Shown: positions 51,523 through 61,355, counted from the stretch's first letter. The stretch: 64,000 bases of DNA from Planctomycetota bacterium (GCA_965223265.1 OZ244999.1:8128001-8192000); one strand, 5' to 3'. Notes: generated from the letters alone by a model not told the origin. A program made the numbers and translations.

Positions 51523-52476
51523 GATGCTGATGCGCGCCGGCACGCCAGCATCCGCAAAGAAGTAAACCAGCGCGCCCTCGCGCACTCCGAGCCCGTTCAG
51601 TGAAATCGGCAGGAGGACGAGAAAGAAGACGAGCGGCACGAAAGTGAGGCAAGTCACGAAGTCTGGGTTGGAGCCGCAGGCGCGGTAGATGCACCAGAAC
51701 ATAGCACAGCGGACGCACTGAACCACGACCGAAAGGAAGAGCGAGACGACGAAGACTCGACGCACCCGCTCTGGGCTGCTCAGCGCAACGACCGAATCGA
51801 CAAGGCCGTTCAACCGGCGGTGGCGCGTGCTCGCTGCCCGCCACCGTATGAGCTGCGAACGTAGTAGGAACATGGCCCCAGCGCCAGCCACCACGACGAT
51901 CTGAAAGGCGCCGAGAAAGACGAGCCAGCCCGTCGGCCTGCCGCTGAGCTCACTGACACCCACCATCACCGAAGCGAGAAGGAGCATCGAGTAAGCTCCG
52001 AAGGCGCGATCGACGAGGATGCTCGCAGTTGCCGCGCGGCCGCGACCCGTTTCGCGCGCCAGCTGCGCACCTCGGGCCAGGTCGGCGCCGAGGCCACCAG
52101 GGAGGAGCTGGCCGATCGGCGAGCTCATGAATGTGATCCGCGTCAGGTCGAAAAACGACACGCGTACGCCCTCGGCACCGAGGGCATATTGCCAGCGTAA
52201 GACGGCCAGAAATCGCTGCGCGATGAATGTCGCCAGTGCCGCCGCGAGCCAAGGAAGGCGTACGCTTGCTAGTGTCGTCGTCACTTCCTGAAGAGGCACG
52301 AGGCGCAGGACGAGCACGAGCAGCGTCAGGCTGACCGCGGCGCGCAGGTAGAGCTTTCGGCGTCTCCGCCGCTTCGGCGGCGCGTTCGACTCGGCTACAA
52401 GTGCGGTGGACGACGTTCCGCCCAACTGCGAGGTTTCGGGGTTGGAGACGATTTGACCGTGGAGACGCTCGGGCAT
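51427..52476 (-). CDS. lysylphosphatidylglycerol synthase TM-domain / UPF0104 flippase-like protein
   Basis: About 8 TM; LRW...LLPGGLGADLAR, SILVDR and LPISLNGLGVREGA. Start is uncertain. Confidence 0.85.
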   Translation of the reverse strand: MPERLHGQIVSNPETSQLGGTSSTALVAESNAPPKRRRRRKLYLRAAVSLTLLVLVLRLVPLQEVTTTLASVRLPWLAAALATFIAQRFLAVLRWQYALGAEGVRVSFFDLTRITFMSSPIGQLLPGGLGADLARGAQLARETGRGRAATASILVDRAFGAYSMLLLASVMVGVSELSGRPTGWLVFLGAFQIVVVAGAGAMFLLRSQLIRWRAASTRHRRLNGLVDSVVALSSPERVRRVFVVSLFLSVVVQCVRCAMFWCIYRACGSNPDFVTCLTFVPLVFFLVLLPISLNGLGVREGALVYFFADAGVPARISISAGLICHLFSLLLALVGAVWILLDRRGTGDA

Positions 52477-52718
52477 TCCTACATATCGACCAAAACGTCG
52501 CTCAGCCGTCCGTAGACCAGGAGGTTTTCGGTCCGTTCGAAGATCGATCGCCGGCAGACTCACGCCATCCTCGAAGCCAAGTTTTTTCGGTCGTCTCACT
52601 CGAAAGCGCCGAGCCTGCATGAGATGGCTAGTGCGTAGAGCCGATAGAGATGAGGTTCACGCATCCCCTCACAGTCTGCCTTAGACTTTGCCGTGAGAGA
52701 GAATCCGCGCCGCAATTG

Positions 52719-54497
52719 ATGTCATACGCCGCTACGACCGTCAGCGATCTCGGAACCGAAGATCGACCGCAGCGCCCGCGAACTGGCCCCACCGCCTCCG
52801 CACCGTCGCACCGCTGGGTCGTCGGTGCGATCCTGGCGCTGGCCGCGTTCATACGCTACTGGGAGCTCGCCAGTGGGCTGCCTGCGCTCTATGTACATGA
52901 CGAGATCATCGAGGTCCACCGGGCTCTTAGCTTGGTGCGCGGCGATCTGGCGACCGACTTTGTGTCGCTACCGGGGAACAAGGGCTTCTTCTTTCTGATC
53001 CTGGCGTTCGAGTATTGGGTCGTTGGCGCGCTCAACGTTCTGGCTGGTGAATCTTCGTCGATGGCCGCCTACGTCTCGAGTGCCATGGCGGAACCCGGCC
53101 AGGCGGTGTTTATCGGGCGGGCGACTGCAGCGGCGTTCGGAATCGCGTCGGTATTCCTGATGTACGCGATCAGCAGAAAGCTGTTCGCGGACCCGGCGCT
53201 GGCTCTGATCACTGCGATGGTCTGGGCAGTGGCACCGATGCCGGCTTGGATCGCCCATTGGCTACTCGTCGAGACACCGCTGGTCACCCTTGGTCTTTGG
53301 TCGTTCTACCGGGCTCTCGTCATGCTCGAGCGACCGACCGCGACAAACTATCTCTTCGCAGCTGTCCTGGCAGCGTGCGCCGCCGCTTGCAAGGTGTACG
53401 GTGCCGGACTCGTGTTGATCCTCGGCGTTCTACATCACTGCATCAGTCGCCGGGAGGGGCGGCCATGGTGGAACACGTGTCTCGACCGTCGCATCGTCAC
53501 GGCGGCCGCTGCCTTTCTTTGCGTTTGGGCGATGCTGTCACCGCTGCTTCTTCTGCAGATAGCCGCCGCACTCGGCTTCCGTGAGTCACTCACGCGCTTC
53601 ACGCCGGCTTCTGACTTTCCACTCGAGACGCATCTGGGTTACTACCTCACGATCCTGCGCTGGAACGTCGGCAATCTGATTCTGCCGTTCGTCGGCGTCG
53701 GCTTGTGGGCCGCCATCCGTCGACGCTGCGCTCCGGTCTTGGCGATCGCCGTCTTCACAGCGACCTTCGTCGGCATCATGGGACTTTGGCGCACGAACAC
53801 ACTCGTCTACGCTCGGTACATGCTCCTGCCGTTGCCGTTCGTTTGCTTGATCGCCGTCTACGGACTCGAGGTGATCGTCGACGCTTTGAGTCGCCTCACG
53901 GCCTCACGATGGGCTGCGGTGGGACGGTTCGTCACGACGCTGGTCTTCCTATACGCCGCCGTAGGTAACGGCTTCGAGTCGCTGCTCGAATCACCTCTCT
54001 ACAGGAGGCTTCCGACTCCGGTGCAGCAGTTGGCCATGACATGGTTCGAGCGTGAAGTAGAGCCTGGGACCAAGGTACTGATCCGCGGCGAACAGGTGTG
54101 GCCTGGCCACCAGACGCTCCCACTTCGTGATTTGCGAGAGAATTATCTCGAACGCTACCGTCAGCTCGAAGCGACGCGACCGCCGGTACGCTACCGCGCG
54201 GTACTACAAGATTTGGCCGGGCAGCCGTACGCGCCACGGTACGACCTGACCGTCGTCGATCGCACCGCCGATTGGGACTCTCCCGAGCACTACCTCGCCG
54301 GCGGCATCGAGTATGTCGTCATGGACAAACGGTTCTCACAGAATCTATCGCGGCAGGCGGCGGTCAGTCGACTCGAGTTCTACGACACACTGGCGTCCTC
54401 TGCTCACTTCTCACTCGTGAAGACGTTTCACGGTCCGGATCTTCAGGGTACGCCGAAGACGATTGAAGTCTATCGTGCCAACCGAGGCGAACGATGA
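52719..54497 (+). CDS. GT-C fold (GT39/ArnT/PMT-like) polyprenyl-phosphate-sugar-dependent glycosyltransferase
   Basis: First TM helix followed by 'HDE', then GRATAAAFG, ETP, CKVYG and ARYMLLPLP; about 11 TM plus a soluble C-terminal domain. Confidence 0.82.
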   Translation: MSYAATTVSDLGTEDRPQRPRTGPTASAPSHRWVVGAILALAAFIRYWELASGLPALYVHDEIIEVHRALSLVRGDLATDFVSLPGNKGFFFLILAFEYWVVGALNVLAGESSSMAAYVSSAMAEPGQAVFIGRATAAAFGIASVFLMYAISRKLFADPALALITAMVWAVAPMPAWIAHWLLVETPLVTLGLWSFYRALVMLERPTATNYLFAAVLAACAAACKVYGAGLVLILGVLHHCISRREGRPWWNTCLDRRIVTAAAAFLCVWAMLSPLLLLQIAAALGFRESLTRFTPASDFPLETHLGYYLTILRWNVGNLILPFVGVGLWAAIRRRCAPVLAIAVFTATFVGIMGLWRTNTLVYARYMLLPLPFVCLIAVYGLEVIVDALSRLTASRWAAVGRFVTTLVFLYAAVGNGFESLLESPLYRRLPTPVQQLAMTWFEREVEPGTKVLIRGEQVWPGHQTLPLRDLRENYLERYRQLEATRPPVRYRAVLQDLAGQPYAPRYDLTVVDRTADWDSPEHYLAGGIEYVVMDKRFSQNLSRQAAVSRLEFYDTLASSAHFSLVKTFHGPDLQGTPKTIEVYRANRGER

Positions 54498-55387
54498 CTT
54501 CTGTACTTGGAACGGCCGCGCCCAGCTCTCGCGCGCTGCCGCCCGCGTCGACGGCGGAGTTCTTGCTGGACGCTCATGTTCATCTCCATTCTGACGTGAA
54601 GCCGGAAGACCTGCTGGACGCCGCAGCGACCAACTTGCGACGCCTCGCGTCGAGAAACATCGACGATCTCGATCGCACCGCGTTGTGTTTGGCGTTGACC
54701 GAAACGCACGGCGCACATCGTTACACCGAACTGGCGCAACGCGTCGGCGAGCGGGTGGGTGAGTGGAGAATCGAATCTACCGGTGAGGATTTCTCGCTGC
54801 GACTGTGCGGCCCACACGGGGTGGCAGTCGTCCTGTTGGCGGGACGGCAGCTGGCAACGCGAGAAGGTCTTGAGCTCCACGCGCTCGGCATCTCACCCGA
54901 GATGGCCGCTCAACTGCCCTGTGACGGGACTGTTGACGCAGCGCTGCGCGACGTCATTGCTTGCGGTGCGACTCCGGTTTTACCCTGGGGCTTCGGTAAA
55001 TGGACCTTGCGGCGGTCCGCGCGGATCGTGCGGCTGCTGCAGTCCCACGTTGACCGTCTCTACGTCTCCGACAGCGCGCTGCGTCCGCGTGGTCGAAGCT
55101 GCGGCAAACACTTGGCGCTGGCGCGACGGCTTGGAATTCCGGTGCTCGCCGGTACCGATCCTTTGCCACTACCGGGAGAGTTTCAGCGTGCCGGCACCTA
55201 TGCGTGCTGGCTTGCCGGCGACGCCGGCGAGCAGCCGCCGGGAGCAGCCATCAAGAGTCTTCTCGCGCATCGCTCACAGCCGCGCATCGTCGGGGTACGC
55301 TGTGGCCGCATCGCGGCGTGGAGTCGAGCGCTGCAGATGCAGATAGCGAAGCGGCGCCGCGGTCGGGTGTCTAACCCGGTTACGTGA
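54494..55387 (+). CDS. PHP / metallo-hydrolase-like hypothetical protein
   Basis: DAHVHLH near the N-terminus, ALTE, and AGTDP near the C-terminus (PHP-like xHxH ... GxD); ATGA-coupled to the GT-C gene. Confidence 0.6.
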   Translation: MTSVLGTAAPSSRALPPASTAEFLLDAHVHLHSDVKPEDLLDAAATNLRRLASRNIDDLDRTALCLALTETHGAHRYTELAQRVGERVGEWRIESTGEDFSLRLCGPHGVAVVLLAGRQLATREGLELHALGISPEMAAQLPCDGTVDAALRDVIACGATPVLPWGFGKWTLRRSARIVRLLQSHVDRLYVSDSALRPRGRSCGKHLALARRLGIPVLAGTDPLPLPGEFQRAGTYACWLAGDAGEQPPGAAIKSLLAHRSQPRIVGVRCGRIAAWSRALQMQIAKRRRGRVSNPVT

Positions 55388-55506
55388 GCACCCACCGGTG
55401 ACAAGAACACCCTTGGCGGCTGAAGCGGAGGAGGAAGGCGCAGTGCGGCGCTACTCGGAGGCAGCGCGCCACTGACCTGGGGGTTACTCCTCGGTCGTCG
55501 GTTCGA

Positions 55507-56709
55507 TCAGCCTCGCGTCAGTTCCCTCGTGGGCGCTGCGGCTTCGTCGTTGAGCCCGGCAAGAAACTCGCCTAGCGCGCTCCGATAGTTTTCCAGGCTG
55601 TAGCGCTCGGCGACCAGAGCGCGGGCGGCTTCTCCGAGGCCGCGGCGAAGATTCTCGTCTCGACTCAATCGCCGCATGGCTTCCGAGAAGGGCATCGGCT
55701 CTGGTGCGGCCAAGAGTGCCACGCGCGAATCAAGGACTTGAGTGTGCGTCGGCAGATCCGTGGCCAGAACAGGGACACCGCTGCTCAAGTAGGAGTAGAG
55801 CTTCATGGGCGTGTTGTTACCCTTGGTGCGCGGCGACACGAGGACATCCGCTTGACACAGGTAATGCATCAGTGCTGCGACCGGTCTTGGACCGAGGAAG
55901 TGGACGCATTCGATCAGCTGTAGTTGAGTGCATCGCGTCGTGTAGTGCTCGATGTCATGTGGGGTGCCGCCGATCACGACGAGATGAGCGTCGAGTTCGT
56001 CGGCCCTGGCGAGGGCGAAGCTCTCCAACAGCAGGTCGATGCCTTGGTAGGCTTCGAGATTGCCGACGTAGAGAAACAGCTCTCCGGTCGTCTTCAGCGT
56101 CGCGCGGATGTCTTCGTTGTCCGTGTCTGCGCCTTCCCCCGACTCCGCTGGTGGCGTCAACGGCACGTCGCGCAGAATCGTCGTCTTCGCAGCACCGCAG
56201 CTTCGAGCTAGTTCCTCCAGCGCGTCGCAGACCGCGACGATGCCCCGCGCATTCTTGATCGCGCTGGCTTCGATCCGTTGCAGGAGTGGCCTCATGAGAC
56301 GAAATGCTCGTGTGCGCTCTTCGAGTTGCTGCGCAATCGACGAGTCCATGTCGTAGACGTACGGTACGCCCCGGAGTGCGGTGACGAGGCGTGCCATGAA
56401 AGCGGACTCCTCGACCGCCCAGATGAGGTCGTGCCGCCGCCGCCAAGTTCGCCGCCACACAGCGGCAAAGAAGAACATGTCGCAGACGATCTTTTTCCAC
56501 GAGAACCCGGGCCGAACGTTGCGTATCCAGCCAGCGCCGCGAATGCGTTCGATCGTTACGCCGGGGTAGCTCACGTCTTGCCCTTCATGAAACGTCAGTA
56601 CGTCGACGTCATGACCGAACTCGGACAGCGTCCGCAGAAGAAGGTCGACCGCGAGGGGGGTGCCGCGCTCCTGCAGGAAGGGGTGAGGTGCGAGGAGGAG
56701 TATCTTCAT
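55507..56709 (-). CDS. glycosyltransferase family 4 (GT-B)
   Basis: LYVGNLEAYQGIDLLL, ADVLVSPR, PMKLYSYLSSGVPVLATD and RRGLGEAAR. Confidence 0.9.
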   Translation of the reverse strand: MKILLLAPHPFLQERGTPLAVDLLLRTLSEFGHDVDVLTFHEGQDVSYPGVTIERIRGAGWIRNVRPGFSWKKIVCDMFFFAAVWRRTWRRRHDLIWAVEESAFMARLVTALRGVPYVYDMDSSIAQQLEERTRAFRLMRPLLQRIEASAIKNARGIVAVCDALEELARSCGAAKTTILRDVPLTPPAESGEGADTDNEDIRATLKTTGELFLYVGNLEAYQGIDLLLESFALARADELDAHLVVIGGTPHDIEHYTTRCTQLQLIECVHFLGPRPVAALMHYLCQADVLVSPRTKGNNTPMKLYSYLSSGVPVLATDLPTHTQVLDSRVALLAAPEPMPFSEAMRRLSRDENLRRGLGEAARALVAERYSLENYRSALGEFLAGLNDEAAAPTRELTRG

Positions 56710-58427
56710 CGCTTCTCCCACTGAGTTGACGTCCGGACTGCGGAGACTGCATCGATGTTGCCAGCCTGCGGGTCGGTTCCGCTGGCGGCATCGCCGCCGC
56801 TAGGAGCCGCCTTGGTTGCGACCGGCGGTGAAAGATCGACGCATGCGTTTGGGCGTCCGTCAACGACATCAGCGCACGCGTCGGAGACGAACTCGCGACC
56901 GAACGAGAAGGGATGCAGAGCCTCCTTCAGCGCTGCGGTCTCATACTCGCGGCGCTTCGAGGACCAACCGAGAGCCGCGCCAAGCCGTGAGGCAGCGTCA
57001 AGAACGCGGTCGTCCTCGTGCCACGCGGTACGACGCAGCACGAGGTCGGTGAGGTGGATGACGGACTCCGCGGAGGCGAGAGCTCGCACGCGCTTTAAGA
57101 TCGTCGGCGAGCTTAGGGCTTCGCCGAGATCAGGCCAGAGATTCGGTGCGGGGCGCAGACAACTGAGGCGCGCGACGCGGCAGCCACGCTGGCGACCGAA
57201 GGCGCGGTCTAGTGCCCGGCTTGCCACGCGGCGGGCGGTCGTGAGTTTCACCCCTGAGATGCTAAAGAGTCCTGCTGGGCCGTGGGCAGCTCCGTGGTCG
57301 ACGATGACCGGACGGCGTGACGGACGACCGCTGCCTTCCGCCGACGCCGGAAGGAATCCCGCCATGACGCGCGCGACGTCGTCCAGGCACGCGTTGAGAC
57401 TCGGTACGGCATGATTGAGCGCATTCACGAAGCGCTCGACGTCGGCGCGTTCGATACGCCGCGCGTCCAGCGACCCCGTCCACGGCAAGTGGCATGTGCC
57501 GGCCAGAAGTCGTCCACGCCACGGCACGAGGAAGTAGGTCGGCGCGCCGCGTTCCCTTGAACGTACAGCGAGTGCTGACGGACTCGGGGCGCGGCGGTTG
57601 AGCAGAACGTTGAAGGCTAGCGACGGTCGGAAGAGCGCCGGGACATCCCGATCGCAGCGAGCCCCGAACTGGCGGCACCACGGTCCGGCGCAGTTGAACA
57701 CCGTCTGGCTTTCGAGGCGCAAATCGGCTCCTACGGCGCGATCGCGAGCGAGGACGCCGACCGTACGGCCGCGGTGAATGAGAAGTTCGCGGACTTCGGT
57801 GTAATTCGCCGCGTCGCTGCCGAGGCTCCGTGCCCAGCGCAAGATTTCGATCACCAGTCTCTCCGGGCTAGTGATCACGCCGTCGTACCACAGGGCACCG
57901 CCCCTCAGGCCTGCGCGGGGCAATGCGTCGCATCGCGCGATGGTCTCGGCAGGCGATAACACCCCGCCGCGCGGCAGGATGCTTCCGAAGGCGCTGCCGG
58001 CAGTCAGAGCCGATGGACCGACCGACGACAGGAACTCGTTTGCCATCAACGCGAGGCGAACGATCGCCGGGTGACGGATCGAGTCGCGGTAAAGTGGCAT
58101 GAGACACTGGAGGGGCTCGATGCAATCGGGAAATGTGTCAAGGAACCAGGCACGCTCAATCGCCGAGACGCGTGATCGTCGCAGGTCGGCTTGCTGCAGG
58201 TACCGGAGTCCGCCGTGGACGATGCGCAGGTGGTTGGACGTCGTCGCGGCACCGAAATCGTCCCGTTCGGCAAGCAGCCCACGCAGCCCGCGGAGCGACC
58301 CTTCCAGAAGGAGCATCGCGCCGTAGATGCCACCGCCGACAACGATGAAATCGTACGGCTTCTCGCCGGCCGTTGGTGGCCGCGATGGGATCAGGCAGTG
58401 TGCACCGTCGCCTGCGCCGCTGGCCAT
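56706..58427 (-). CDS. GlpD/GlpO-like FAD-dependent oxidoreductase
   Basis: VGGGIYG, ERDDFGAATTSNHLRIVHGGLRYL, NCAGPW, GVKLTTAR and DLVLRRT; no glpK nearby. Confidence 0.85.
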   Translation of the reverse strand: MASGAGDGAHCLIPSRPPTAGEKPYDFIVVGGGIYGAMLLLEGSLRGLRGLLAERDDFGAATTSNHLRIVHGGLRYLQQADLRRSRVSAIERAWFLDTFPDCIEPLQCLMPLYRDSIRHPAIVRLALMANEFLSSVGPSALTAGSAFGSILPRGGVLSPAETIARCDALPRAGLRGGALWYDGVITSPERLVIEILRWARSLGSDAANYTEVRELLIHRGRTVGVLARDRAVGADLRLESQTVFNCAGPWCRQFGARCDRDVPALFRPSLAFNVLLNRRAPSPSALAVRSRERGAPTYFLVPWRGRLLAGTCHLPWTGSLDARRIERADVERFVNALNHAVPSLNACLDDVARVMAGFLPASAEGSGRPSRRPVIVDHGAAHGPAGLFSISGVKLTTARRVASRALDRAFGRQRGCRVARLSCLRPAPNLWPDLGEALSSPTILKRVRALASAESVIHLTDLVLRRTAWHEDDRVLDAASRLGAALGWSSKRREYETAALKEALHPFSFGREFVSDACADVVDGRPNACVDLSPPVATKAAPSGGDAASGTDPQAGNIDAVSAVRTSTQWEKR

Positions 58428-58428
58428 G

Positions 58429-59481
58429 TCAGCGCGTGACCGTCGGCTCGTCTTGACATGGCACGCCACCCGGCTCGTGTTCGACGATCTTCTCGATGCG
58501 ATACTCCCGCAGACTGCGGGCGTGGAAGAATATGATGAGTTCGCCGAGCAGTCCGAGCGAGAAGAGCTGAATGCCGAAGACGACGAGAAGGATGGAGACG
58601 AGAAAGAGAGGTCGGTTTTCGAGAGCCTGGCCAAGAATGCGTTGAACGACGAGAACGGCGCTCAAAGTGCTGCCGACAAAGATGAAGGCGCTTCCGAGTA
58701 GTCCGAAGAAACGCAGCGGCTTCTTGGTGAACTTGGTGATGAAGAAAAGGGTCAAGAGATCGAGGAGACGGCGGAGGTAGACGCCGAGTCGGTAGTCCTG
58801 CTTCGAGATTCTTTCGTCGAGATGTCGAGTCTGGATTTCACCAACTCGAAATCCCTGCATGTGGGCAAGAACCGGCAAGAAGCGGTGCAAGTCGCCATAG
58901 ATCGCGACGTCGTCGAGCACTTGCTTTTTCATCGCCCGCAGCCCCGAATTGATGTCGTGGAGGACGACGCGCGTGATGCGGCGCGTCAACCAGTTGAAGA
59001 CTCGTGATTTGCGTGCGTACGCAGGTGGATCGACGCGCGGTTGTCGCCACGAAGCGACGTAGTCGAGCGAACCTGCCTCCAGTTCGGCGACGAGGGGGCC
59101 GATCGCCCGCGGGTCGATCTGTAAGTAGGAAGGAAGCGCGACCACCCACTTGCCGCGAGCTTCGGCACACGCTGTTGAGAGGACGCTCGATTCCGTGAAC
59201 GCCTTGTGCAGAAAAAGCATCTTCACTGCGGCGTCGCTCTCTTCGATTTCCCGGCGGAGTTCCTCCACGACTTCTTCCGACACGCCGTTGCTGACGACGA
59301 TGAACTCGAACGACCACTTCTGCTGGCATGCCGCGCGCAGATAGGCTCGAAACGTCTCGTTGAGAACGCCGTCGTTTTCAGAAAACGCCCAGATATAGGT
59401 GACCTCGACCTCTGACTCGTCGCGTGTGGGCCGACCAGCCGCTGTCGCTCTCTCAGATTCGTTTGACAGCGCGGTAGCCAT
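58429..59481 (-). CDS. ArnC/GtrB-like GT2 homologue with degenerate catalytic motifs
   Basis: Retains the LHDINSGLRAM, LHRFLPVLA, KKPLRFFG and two-TM C-terminus of the family, but the DDGS and DxD motifs read SNGV and PSY. Confidence 0.82.
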   Translation of the reverse strand: MATALSNESERATAAGRPTRDESEVEVTYIWAFSENDGVLNETFRAYLRAACQQKWSFEFIVVSNGVSEEVVEELRREIEESDAAVKMLFLHKAFTESSVLSTACAEARGKWVVALPSYLQIDPRAIGPLVAELEAGSLDYVASWRQPRVDPPAYARKSRVFNWLTRRITRVVLHDINSGLRAMKKQVLDDVAIYGDLHRFLPVLAHMQGFRVGEIQTRHLDERISKQDYRLGVYLRRLLDLLTLFFITKFTKKPLRFFGLLGSAFIFVGSTLSAVLVVQRILGQALENRPLFLVSILLVVFGIQLFSLGLLGELIIFFHARSLREYRIEKIVEHEPGGVPCQDEPTVTR

Positions 59482-60388
59482 GTCGAGCTCCGGTCTTGAC
59501 AACGAGATCCCCAAGGAGGCCCATGACGATCATGTGAAAGAAGAGATACGCCGAAAGAATGCAGAGACCCGGGTAGACGATGCCGACGTTCCCGCCGACG
59601 TGAGCGAAGCGCAAAGCGATAGCGCCCAGGGATAGGGCGGTGACGGCCAGAAAGGGCAGCGACAGCCCGCAGAACCACTGCAGGGGTTTCTCCGACGAGG
59701 CGATGAGCATCTTCACCGTCCACAGGTCCAGAATGACTTTGCCTACACGCGACAGACCGTACTTCGACTGACCGCGAGTGCGTGGATGATGCCGCACAGG
59801 CAGCTGCGCGATGCGAACACCGGCGAGTGACGACATCGCCGGAATGAATCGATGCATCTCCGAGTAGAGGTGGATTTGTTTGAAAATGGACGCGCGGTAA
59901 GCCTTCAGCGAGCAGCCGTTGTCGCGAACTCTAATCCCCGTGATGCGACCGATGACTCGATTCGCGATCATCGATGGAAGACGGCGCGTCCAGAACTTGT
60001 CCTGGCGCTGCTGACGCCAACCGGCGACAAGGTCGTAACCTTCCTCCAGCTTTTTGATGAGGCGCGGAATGTCCTGTGGGTCGTTCTGAAGGTCGCCGTC
60101 GAGAGTGGCGATGTACTTGCCACGGGCCGCATCGATTCCCGCCTGCATCGCCGGAGTTTGACCGAAGTTGCGCCGCAGTTTGATAACGCGCAGAGCAGTT
60201 TCGCAGCCCGTCTCAGATGCGAGCCGTTGAAACGTCGCATCGGTGCTGCCATCGTCAACGAAGATGATTTCGCACGTCCACTCGGTGTCGCGCAATGCGG
60301 CTGAAATGCTGCGCGCCAGCTCGATGACGTTTTCTTCTTCGTTGTAGACGGGGACGACGACCGATAAGTCCACCGGCAGATTCTCCAC
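59453..60388 (-). CDS. ArnC/GtrB-like polyprenyl-phosphate glycosyltransferase (GT2)
   Basis: SVVVPVYNEE, VDDGSTD, RRNFGQT, LDGDLQNDP, DNGCSLKAYR, HRFIP and two C-terminal TM helices. Confidence 0.93.
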   Translation of the reverse strand: MENLPVDLSVVVPVYNEEENVIELARSISAALRDTEWTCEIIFVDDGSTDATFQRLASETGCETALRVIKLRRNFGQTPAMQAGIDAARGKYIATLDGDLQNDPQDIPRLIKKLEEGYDLVAGWRQQRQDKFWTRRLPSMIANRVIGRITGIRVRDNGCSLKAYRASIFKQIHLYSEMHRFIPAMSSLAGVRIAQLPVRHHPRTRGQSKYGLSRVGKVILDLWTVKMLIASSEKPLQWFCGLSLPFLAVTALSLGAIALRFAHVGGNVGIVYPGLCILSAYLFFHMIVMGLLGDLVVKTGARHGYRAVKRI

Positions 60389-60597
60389 TCAATTGGCCCG
60401 GGTCAGCGCCGACCGTGCGCTGTGACCGCACATCTCCATTGGATGTGTATCACGGTGGAGAGAAGCCGTCGATCGAAGTGCAGTGCCGCGTTCATAGCGC
60501 GCGGATAGTGCACGTTAGCGGTCGATGAAGACCGCAATCGCGTCGTTATCAGATCGGCGGGCGACGGTGTCGGTGACAGCTGCGACTGAAGAGGCGG

Positions 60598-60924
60598 TCA
60601 GATGGGCTCGTCGCCTTCCCTCAGAGCCGTGTCGATCTCCGCGAGGACGGACTCGATCTTCTGCGGTGACACCTGTTTCGAGTTGCGGAGGATTCCTTGG
60701 ATATCCCAGAGCGTTTGCCGCAGGCGATTGGCGCGCTCGCCCGCGTGGGAGTCAACGTCTTTCAGTTGGCGCGTGAGGTCGCGGTAGCGCTGCTCAACGC
60801 TACGATACTTCGATTCCCAGTTCTGTGGATCGCGCAGTGCGAGGTACTTGCGGCTGATCACGACACCTGCGTAACAGCCGAAAGCGAAGACAACGACGAA
60901 CGGGATCAGTTTGAAGGCGAACAT
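60598..60924 (-). CDS. small membrane-anchored coiled-coil protein
   Basis: N-terminal TM helix (IPFVVVFAFGCYAGVVI) followed by a heptad-rich helix. Confidence 0.6.
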   Translation of the reverse strand: MFAFKLIPFVVVFAFGCYAGVVISRKYLALRDPQNWESKYRSVEQRYRDLTRQLKDVDSHAGERANRLRQTLWDIQGILRNSKQVSPQKIESVLAEIDTALREGDEPI

Positions 60925-61019
60925 CGGGGCATGTTTCCAGGTCGAAGGGCGCCGCGTCAGGGCAGGCATGGCAGCTGAGCACGGCAGCAACGTCATTGTT
61001 CGGGCGGGTGCCGCGCGTT

Positions 61020-61173
61020 GAGCAGCCGGTTGAAAAAGTGTTCGAGCTCAGTAGCGGCGAACGCGTAATTTCCGAGCCCCTTCTATGAGATACACACGGC
61101 GAGGCTCGCCGCGGACGATCTGGGGGTGAAGGGGCCGGTTGCTCATCCGAACGACTGATTCAACAGGCCGCTA
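61020..61173. mobile_element. MITE-like element with imperfect terminal inverted repeats
   Basis: GAGCAGCCGGTTGAAAAAGT versus the reverse complement of the right end TAGCGGCCTGTTGAATCAGT (15/20 match); internal inverted repeat GCCCCTTC/GAAGGGGC. Confidence 0.45.
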
Positions 61174-61355
61174 AACATCGTACTCATGGCGCCGCGTTCT
61201 GGGAAGGTCACGGGCGGCACGAACTCGCCGCTGCGGCGTGCGGTGTCCGAGCGCGCGGCTTGCCGGATGTCCTGAGTGGCTCGTCATCGCTTGAGATGCC
61301 TACGCCGCTCGGGCCGGATCGTTCGCCTCCCGTGCCGCGGCAAAAGGCGGCGCGA

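Noticed and set aside
58428-58634. N-terminal extension of the GlpD-like ORF
   Set aside because: It is Ser-rich out-of-frame overlap with the GT2* gene; ATG 58427 fits operon coupling.
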